The notes beneath the pieces were generated by a model. That model had not been told where the DNA came from, did not search any database, and saw nothing but the letters and a program-made list of their open reading frames with translations. Shown here piece after piece: positions 1-6,382 of a DNA stretch of 6,382 nucleotides (position 1 is the first letter of the stretch; every line of letters begins with the position of its first letter). The translations under genes and the position numbers were made by a program. Source of the stretch: Paramicrosporidium saccamoebae KSL3 (lineage: Eukaryota > Fungi > Cryptomycota); NCBI GenBank assembly GCA_002794465.1, contig MTSL01000158.1:1-6382 (forward strand), read 5' to 3'.

Positions 1-15
1 TGTGTATTGGCTTTA

Positions 16-1519
16 TTAGGAAAGCTTAAGAACTTCAGAGGTGGCATTAAACAAGGCATCAGTGGGCTGTACTGTGATTGCGCCAAAAGGCACCTGCTGG
101 TCGCTGATCACAAGTCCCTTTGTTTGTAGCACGAGTAATTGCAAAAATGAGTCTGCAACTTGCTTCCTGTGCGCAGTGGGAACAAGTTTATCAAATTGAA
201 GGGAATGGGCGCTCCGGAAGGCCTGTTGCCAGATGGCAAGAATGTCAAGGGACTCGTCGCTGAGCGAAAGGCTGGCAGTACGTTGCTTGGTAGGAGAATT
301 AGTGATTGATCGGTTAAAATTGGGGACTGCATTTTCATCATTCATGATGCGAGGAGACTTTGGCGATCGGGGCATGGGAACATCAGCTTCCATGGCAAAG
401 TCGGCGGGGCCAAGGGCATAATCGTCGTCGTTAAGAGGGACCTGCTCTTCAAACTCTAAAGCTGGCTCGATGATAGTTGCAACTTTGGGTCTGGCAGGCG
501 CTTCAATAGATAACAAACAGAGGCTCTCGGCCAGAGAATGGTTATTCCACGATGGCTTGGGTAGGAGGATGGGGGTGGAATCGCGAACACATTCCTGAAT
601 GAAGTTGTTTGACACTTCAATTTCGACATCAAGAGAGACTGGCTTTATGCTACGAGTACGACGGATACGCGCTTGGCGTGTAACGGCCACGGCCGACACT
701 GGAGCCGGCGGAGCCGACAGTCTGTCATTGAAAGGAACTTCAGGCATGGGAGGCTCGTCAAAGTAGCCAAAATCTTCATTCAAGGGCACCTGCTCAAACT
801 CAAAATCGACATTTTTTGTTGGAGTCCTAAGGGGAGAGAAGGGAAGTGAGGGACGAGGAGACTCGGCACGACGACCGGCCTCAATTGACTGTCGGAGGGG
901 GTCGCTCATCAAATTGCCGTCCATTGTAGCGCGGCGACCAAACTCGACGTCCATCTGGAACTCTGAGGGAAGCTCATCTTCCTTAGCAGGACCGAGGCCA
1001 AAGTTGAGATTGGATGCATCATATTCCAGATTTGGCCGTCTCATTGGCTGGGCAGCCATTTTGGTCGGTGCAGTGGCAGTTTCGCGCAGTAGGGCACTAT
1101 ATATGATGAGGATCACGACGAATGGATTACTCTAGATCGAGTTCAGGTTCAGGTGCGAGGGCATCATCAAGATTGGCTACGACGGGCAGGGTGATGGTGG
1201 CATGGGAAGCCTTGCTGGCGTGGGCTGGCAAATCAACATTGCTCGGAGTAAAGGCAAGCTTTAACCGGGAGAGTGCGTCAGCGCAATCCTCAAGTAAATA
1301 TCTCGCCTTGCGGCCGTAGATCTTGCTAACTCCCAGAAGGAGCTGCCCTGAGAGTCGGAGTGCCATCGGCGGCAAGGCCCCGTTGACAATATCGCGGACA
1401 CTTATTTCAATGTTCGTCTGGACAATCTGCGCCTTGGTGAGCCGTCGGTCCCAATGTGCCGCCAGCCAAATGTTTGCTAGTGGACCCTTACGGGTGAGGA
1501 TATTATCGCTGTAGAACAT
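16..1519 (-). CDS. rad21: Cohesin kleisin subunit Rad21/Scc1/Mcd1; exons 1519-1131 and 1096-16, 489 aa
   Basis: N-terminus MFYSDNILTRKGPLANIWLAAHWDRRLTKAQI...MALRLSGQLLLGVSKIY is the Rad21/Rec8 N-terminal domain and is Rad21-like. C-terminus RKQVADSFLQLLVLQTKGLVISDQQVPFGAITV matches the kleisin winged helix. A 34-nt GT-AG intron joins the two ORF-track pieces in frame (..ELDLD-ALLRE..). Confidence 0.95.
1097..1130 (-). other. Spliceosomal intron, 34 nt (rad21)
   Basis: GTAATCCATTCGTCGTGATCCTCATCATATATAG on the minus strand. It carries an in-frame TAA, and its removal restores the reading frame between the N- and C-terminal kleisin domains. Confidence 0.92.
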
Positions 1520-1620
1520 GCAGTGGAGTGCAGCAAAGTAGCGTAAAGGGCTGTGTTACAAGGGTGTTCAATGCCCGCCAAATCTATTTGAATCCCGGCG
1601 ACCAATCACTAAGAGTCTCA

Positions 1621-1626
1621 TATAAA
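1621..1626 (+). promoter_or_regulatory. TATA box candidate for the downstream ncRNA
   Basis: TATAAA lies 21 nt before the first paired base of the predicted RNA (1648). It directly abuts the ATG at 1627, so it is unlikely to serve that ATG. Confidence 0.45.
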
Positions 1627-1647
1627 ATGGCGGTCTACCCTGGCTCG

Positions 1648-1792
1648 GTAGACAAATTTGCAGCTCTCTACGAAGTGCCAAGCCTTTTCGCATGGTACTT
1701 TACTATTTGTCTGCAAGAGTGACGTCCAAGCAACAATGACCCACATCGTCCTGGTGGCTGTGGTGACGGGGCAAGTTGCTTGGCCTACAAAC
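1648..1792 (+). ncRNA. Candidate box H/ACA snoRNA (hairpin-hinge-hairpin-ACA)
   Basis: Hairpin 1 has a 10-bp lower stem (1648-1657/1705-1714), an internal pocket and an 8-bp upper stem (1673-1680/1693-1700). The hinge AGAGTGA at 1716 is an imperfect H box. Hairpin 2 has a perfect 9-bp stem CCAAGCAAC (1726-1734)/GTTGCTTGG (1775-1783) followed by ACA at 1787-1789. Both pockets sit 14-15 nt from their boxes. Folded by eye; the 5' end is uncertain. Confidence 0.6.
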
Positions 1793-2025
1793 TGGTGTGA
1801 GTAACAAAGTCAATTGAGCAGTATGGTTAGTGGGGGGGGGAGGGTGGAGTGGTTCTGGTGTGTGATACAGTCGTTGGGTGGATGATAAAGTCGCTTGGAT
1901 AATAAAGTCTTTTGGGTAGCGGTCACTTGAGTAACAATTGTTTGAGCAACCGTCTTTAAGCGCCATTCGAGTTTGAAGGCCATTGGTAGACAAAATTATC
2001 AAATTCCCTGGTCTTTTGGAATTCA

Positions 2026-3922
2026 ATGGATCCGGCTATAGTTGCTTGCGTCGTGGAGAAGCATCTCAAGCTAATTGGTTTGGAGGAAGATGCGGAACGT
2101 GCTGAACAACAAGAGTTTCTTGGTAGTCTCAGCAAGCAACAATTACAACAGCGCGGTGTTGCTATATATGGGCTGCGAATAACAGAACAACGAACTGGAC
2201 TAGTGGGAAAGACGATTGTAGAGTTGGGAACGGGAAGCAACTTGCCGGCACATGTCATAAAAACGGGTGATGTAGTCCAAATCGACCGTCCCAGCAAGAC
2301 TGAAGTTGAGGCCGTGTCAGGGATTGTCAACAGACTGACCGAAAATTTTATTAGCGTCGCGTTCAAGGAGCCGCCAAATATCCCTGATGATGGTCTAAGG
2401 ATTGTTAAGTTGCCGAATGATGTTGCATTCCAACGAATGCGCTATGCCATGACCAATTTAGGAAATTCCAAACAAAGTCGATTGCTTGATGTACTATTTG
2501 GACCAGTCAAAGGGGATGGAAAGCAATTCCCAGACCCAGACACAACGAAGGCGCGGTGGTTTAATCCGCATTTGAATGAGTCTCAAAAAGAGGCAGTCAT
2601 ATCGGCTCTAAATGCGTCGGAACTAAAATTGATCCACGGTCCGCCGGGCACTGGAAAGACTGAAACTTTGATCGAAATTATTAAGCAGCTAGTTACACCG
2701 CGGATATTCAATACCTCTACCAGGAAACGAGTGTTGGTTTGTGGCCCATCCAATCTGTCGGTTGACAATATTGTGGAGAGGCTGGGTCAGATTGACATGG
2801 TTCGTGTTGGACATCCAGCGAGGGTGTTGGAGTCAGTAATCCCGCACACTTTGGACTCCCGATTGGCTACTGGTGATGCAGCAGCACTTGTCAAGGACAT
2901 TCGATTGGAAATTGATACCGCTCTCAAGCAGCTGTCCAAATCAGGAGCAAAGCGGCGTGAAATCTATGCCGAATTAAAAGAGCTTAGGAAAGAGCTGTAT
3001 TCAAGAGAAAAGGGAGCTATTGATAACTTGATCAGCGGGTCTTCTGTCGTACTCTCCACCTTGAACATGGCAGGTAGTAAACTTTTGAAAAATCGCAGGT
3101 TTGACGTGGTCATTATCGACGAAGCTGGCCAAGCATTGGAGGCGGAATGCTGGTTGGCCATGCTGTTGGCTGAAAAGGTAATATTGGCGGGCGATCATTG
3201 CCAACTGCCACCGACCGTCTCTTCACCCAGTGCTGAAAGGGGAGGATTGGCAACTACCCTTTTTGAACGGCTTGTCAGCAGAAATCCCGAAGCCATGTCT
3301 TTGCTGAACACTCAGTATCGAATGAATCACCTGATAATGGACTGGTCCAGCACAGAGTTTTATCACGGAAAATTAATAGCCGATCCTTCGGTGGCTACTC
3401 ATTCCCTGTTCACTGAGCATAATGAATCGGTCCTGAGACTCATTGATACCGTTGGCTTTGACTATCTGGAGGCACAGGTGGACGAAGATCAGTCCAAATA
3501 CAATGAGGGAGAGGCAAAGCTGGTGGTGGAGCATCTTCTCAAACTTGTAACTGGTGGAGTATCACCCAAAAGTATTGCTGTAATTACGCCTTACAATGCC
3601 CAAGTTGGGCTGATTGAAACACTTGTAAGCGAGTGTCATCAAGTGCGCGGAGTGGAGATTGGATCAGGTATATCCCAGTCATGAATTAACTGTCCTAGTC
3701 GATGGCTTTCAGGGAAGGGAAAAGGAAGCCGTAATAATATCTTTTGTCCGATCCAATGATACTGGACAGATTGGGTTTCTTTCCGAAGTGAGACGCACAA
3801 ATGTGGCAATCACCCGTGCTCGAAGACATGTCTGCTTGATTGGCGACAGCGGGACGCTTGAAAAGAACCCATTCTACAATCGACTGGTAAATTTTGTGCT
3901 TGAAGAGCTTATTTTAGATTGA
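2026..3922 (+). CDS. IGHMBP2: Upf1-like SF1B helicase, IGHMBP2/SMUBP-2/Hcs1 type; exons 2026-3667 and 3699-3922, 621 aa
   Basis: Motifs include GPPGTGKT (Walker A), [39 protein letters not shown] (reformed across the intron) and [13 protein letters not shown]. The N-terminal LEEDAERAE helix and 1B barrel are typical of the IGHMBP2/Hcs1 clade. No R3H or AN1 tail. Confidence 0.9.
3668..3698 (+). other. Spliceosomal intron, 31 nt (helicase)
   Basis: GTATATCCCAGTCATGAATTAACTGTCCTAG, with branch-like TTAAC and an in-frame TGA. Removal gives [10 protein letters not shown], the conserved motif V. Confidence 0.95.
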
Positions 3923-4018
3923 ATATTTTATTGAGCATGGTGAAGTGCAGTATCCCGAGCCGTAAGGATTGTGGCAAAGATCCTGTATTCTTTGGCTGTA
4001 AATATATGCTCCCATTCA

Positions 4019-4061
4019 TATAAACGATTAAAGAGGCGTTGGCTTTTCTTCTCTCTCCCTT
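4019..4061 (+). promoter_or_regulatory. TATA box plus pyrimidine (CT) tract upstream of cyclophilin
   Basis: TATAAA at 4019-4024, then a 19-nt pure pyrimidine run CTTTTCTTCTCTCTCCCTT at 4043-4061. This layout is common in fungal promoters of highly expressed genes. Confidence 0.5.
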
Positions 4062-4098
4062 AACATTTATCTGCCGGGGATTTCGAAGTACATTAATA

Positions 4099-4635
4099 AT
4101 GAGCGCCGGGGTTTTTCGACAGTTCCGACACTTTAGCGCTATGAGCAAGCCCCACGTTTTCTTTGATATTACTGCCAACGGCCGTTCCATGGGCCGCATC
4201 GTCTTTGAACTTGAGTCTGGCGTTACCCCCAAGACTGCTGAGAACTTTCGTTCCCTCTGTGTCGGTGACAAGGGAATGACCTACAAGGGAAGCAGCTTCC
4301 ACCGTGTCATTACGCAATTCATGTGTCAGGGTGGTGACTTTACCAACCATAATGGCACTGGTGGTCGCTCCATCTATGGAGAAAAGTTTGCGGATGAGAA
4401 CTTTACCTTGAAGCACACCGAGCCCTACCTGTTGAGCATGGCTAATGCTGGACCCAACACCAACGGCTCCCAGTTCTTCATCACCACTGTCAAGTGCCCG
4501 TGGTTGGACGGAAAGCACGTCGTGTTCGGACGCGTTATTGAGGGACAAGACATTGTCAAGAAGATGGAGGCCTGCGGCTCTGACAGCGGCAAGACTTCCC
4601 AGAAGCTCGTGATTGCCAACTGTGGCCAGCTCTAA
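4099..4635 (+). CDS. cpr1: Cyclophilin A-type peptidyl-prolyl isomerase; 178 aa from ATG 4099 or 164 aa from ATG 4141
   Basis: Signature segments [65 protein letters not shown] and [10 protein letters not shown]. Strong C/G-ending codon bias. The ORF-track start at 4039 is TTG, not ATG. Confidence 0.97.
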   Translation: MSAGVFRQFRHFSAMSKPHVFFDITANGRSMGRIVFELESGVTPKTAENFRSLCVGDKGMTYKGSSFHRVITQFMCQGGDFTNHNGTGGRSIYGEKFADENFTLKHTEPYLLSMANAGPNTNGSQFFITTVKCPWLDGKHVVFGRVIEGQDIVKKMEACGSDSGKTSQKLVIANCGQL

Positions 4636-4729
4636 AGCCGACGATCCGCGGTTGATTGATAAGAGATTAATTAATAAGAGATTAGTGAATCAATCTAGTG
4701 TATGTAGAGTCGTGAAATTTCCATTATTA

Positions 4730-6355
4730 TCAAAGGTCATATAGGAATAGGTTGCCGTTTACATCGGCGGATGTGAAGAGACACTTTTCATCATCCCTTG
4801 TCACCCAACCGACACCTGTCACATCATACTGATGATTTGACAGAACAGATTCTACAGTGCCGGTGGTATAGTCGCCATAGATAATCTTGCTTTTGGCAGC
4901 AATTGCAAATCGAGTGTCAGTGATGGCTACTCTTGGACAGGCCGAACAGGGAGCAAGTGCAGGATGGGTAATGGTCCGTAGGATTCTCAGGTTCACAGGA
5001 TCTAACACGTGCACAGCTCTGTCGGTGCAGGCAACAATGTTGGACCCTGCAGTGGCGACTGAGGTGAATTTTGGGAGCTGGTGGGGACTCTTCAAGGCAA
5101 CTCGTCTGTGGCGAATATCCCAAAGATAAAGCCTTCCATCGGCGAGAAGGGTGGCTACAAGGTCTGCATTACTCAGAGAGAGCGGGCTCAATTGCATGGC
5201 AAATGTCTCCAATGTTTCAGTCCACATACAGAATGAGCGCGGCAAGTCATAGAAACGGAGAATATTGGGATTATGAAGAGTCACCAAGGCATCATTCGTA
5301 CTGGACACGGCAGTCAGGTCAATAAAGGGCGTGCCAAATCCAGCAGAAAGATTGCTAATCAGCCGGCCAGAGTCAATGCTCCAAATATGGGCAGTATCAG
5401 GGTCACGATTGCCAATTCCAATGCACAAATCGGCGTCTCGACTGATAAAGGTTCTAATCACGTCGTTTGGCCGTGGAGAAATGAGAAATTGCGAACTCTC
5501 CAATCCTCTAAACAACAGTATCCTTCCCTTGGTGTCTGCCTCTCCATGTGGAATGACAATGTCAGCTCTAGTTGTCAAGCCAGAGATTTGTCGATTCATT
5601 GATGTTTGCTTAATAATCTTGTCAGAGGGCTTTTGCTCTGGAGAGGTTGATTCTACTTCGGCATTCAGCTTTTCCACCGTTTCTGACACTTTGGAAAGCC
5701 ATCGCTGCACCAGCTGTTGGTTTTCTGATTCGAGGCTTTTAACTCTTTCGTCCGTTTGAAGCAATTCCAACTGCAATGCTTGCAGTTCGTCCTGCAGTAT
5801 TTGAATGTTCAGATTCTTTTCCTCAACCAGACTGCCGTAATATGTAACCTTTTTTCCGAAATCACTAGACGCTGTTTGCATCGACTTGATTCTATAAATT
5901 GTCACGACGTAAACTTTTTGGTACTCTGTCTCTAGCTTTTCTCTGACAAATTCGTGAGATTTGATCTGTTCACTAAGTTCTAGCAGTTTCTGTGAATTAA
6001 TGCTCTGTGTCCTCAGCAGTTCCATACGCTCAGACTTGGTCTGCCGATATTTGTTCTCTAAATCCTGGTATTTCCTACTGTCCATGGCGTCTCCGTCAGA
6101 GCGAAATGACTCTAGCTCTTCTCTGAGTGACGCTACTGTAGATTGAAGACGCGTAAGCTGCTCTTCCAGAATATCTTGCTGATCAACTGCGGCCTCTTCC
6201 CTCTGCAGTGACTCGCCATCTAAGTGTTATTTCTAGGCCCAGTCTGTACACGCAGCAATGAGAGCTTCAAAAGGAGCCTCTTCGCTCTGGAACTGCTCAT
6301 CCAGCTGAGCACCAATACTCTGGAGCCAAGGGGTCAAGTTCAGGTCAACGGACAT
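4730..6355 (-). CDS. ATG16: ATG16L1-like autophagy protein (ATG5-binding helix, coiled coil, WD40 propeller); exons 6355-6250, 6219-5925, 5891-4730, 520 aa (531 aa if the 33-nt intron is retained)
   Basis: N-terminal PWLQSIGAQL...PFEALIAAY aligns with the ATG5-binding helix. ILQDELQALQLELLQTDERVKSLESENQQLVQRWL is the ATG16 coiled-coil signature. C-terminal LYLWDIR, VHVLDPVNLRILRTI and TTGTVESVLSNHQYDVTGVGW follow the ATG16L1 WD40 blades. Confidence 0.85.
5892..5924 (-). other. Probable spliceosomal intron, 33 nt, in frame and stop-free (ATG16)
   Basis: GTACCAAAAAGTTTACGTCGTGACAATTTATAG has a GTA start, GTGAC branch-like motif and TAG end, in the same size class as the other introns. Removal gives the smooth coiled coil EKLETE-IKSMQ. 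Confidence 0.7.
6220..6249 (-). other. Spliceosomal intron, 30 nt (ATG16)
   Basis: GTACAGACTGGGCCTAGAAATAACACTTAG contains an in-frame TAG. Removal joins the ATG5-binding helix to the coiled coil (..LIAAY-GESLQR..). Confidence 0.88.
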
Positions 6356-6382
6356 TGCCGAGGCTCAAATTTAATAAAAAAG

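Noticed and set aside
1673-1700. U5 snRNA-like loop (GCCTTTT) on a long stem
   Set aside because: The loop reads GCCUUUUCGC rather than the invariant GCCUUUUAC, and no Sm site follows the stem.
1627-1800. Small spliced protein gene (ATG 1627, possible 36-nt intron 1695-1730, MAVYPG...GGCGDGASCLAYKLV) or TGA-1720 readthrough as a SelK-like selenoprotein
   Set aside because: No recognisable family. TATAAA abuts the ATG, the TGA is not in a CxxU or C-terminal SelK context, and the region is better explained by the paired hairpins plus ACA. RNA-seq could still revive the spliced model.
1882-1930. SECIS-like ATGA...GA hairpin or box C-like ATGATA
   Set aside because: Helix II register and apical AA spacing are not canonical, and there is no CTGA D box within range.
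2692-2723. Possible GT-AG intron in the helicase (32 nt)
   Set aside because: The 5' site is GTT rather than GTA, and removal would frameshift a conserved, open reading frame.
4039-4098. Longer cyclophilin N-terminus in the ORF track; likewise the ORF-track start at 1116
   Set aside because: These starts are TTG (4039) and GTG (1116, inside the intron), called under bacterial start-codon rules.
4093-4548. 151-aa antisense ORF, plus the other 60-140 aa overlapping ORFs in the track
   Set aside because: They are shadow ORFs produced by codon bias of the real genes and contain no recognisable domains.
6149-6154. MCB element ACGCGT (also at ~4530)
   Set aside because: Both copies lie inside coding sequence, and none is in the rad21 promoter where it would be meaningful.
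16-6355. Functional gene cluster linking cohesin, helicase, cyclophilin and ATG16
   Set aside because: The four genes share no pathway and have mixed orientations. Proximity is explained by genome compaction.

Overview
Gene-dense window from a compact eukaryotic genome. It is probably fungal, and the ~30-nt introns and short spacers suggest an early-diverging or streamlined lineage (taxonomy is inference only). It holds four spliced or intronless protein genes: cohesin kleisin Rad21/Scc1 (-, 1 intron), an IGHMBP2/Hcs1-type SF1 helicase (+, 1 intron), a cyclophilin with an optional mitochondrial-type presequence (+), and a full-length ATG16L1-like protein with a WD40 propeller (-, 1-2 introns). 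The best novel candidate is an unannotated two-hairpin box H/ACA-like RNA (~1648-1792) downstream of a TATA box in the Rad21/helicase spacer. Its second pocket complements the fungal 18S 3' region (ITS1F primer site). The four protein genes are functionally unrelated, and I see no multi-gene system, mobile element or CRISPR.
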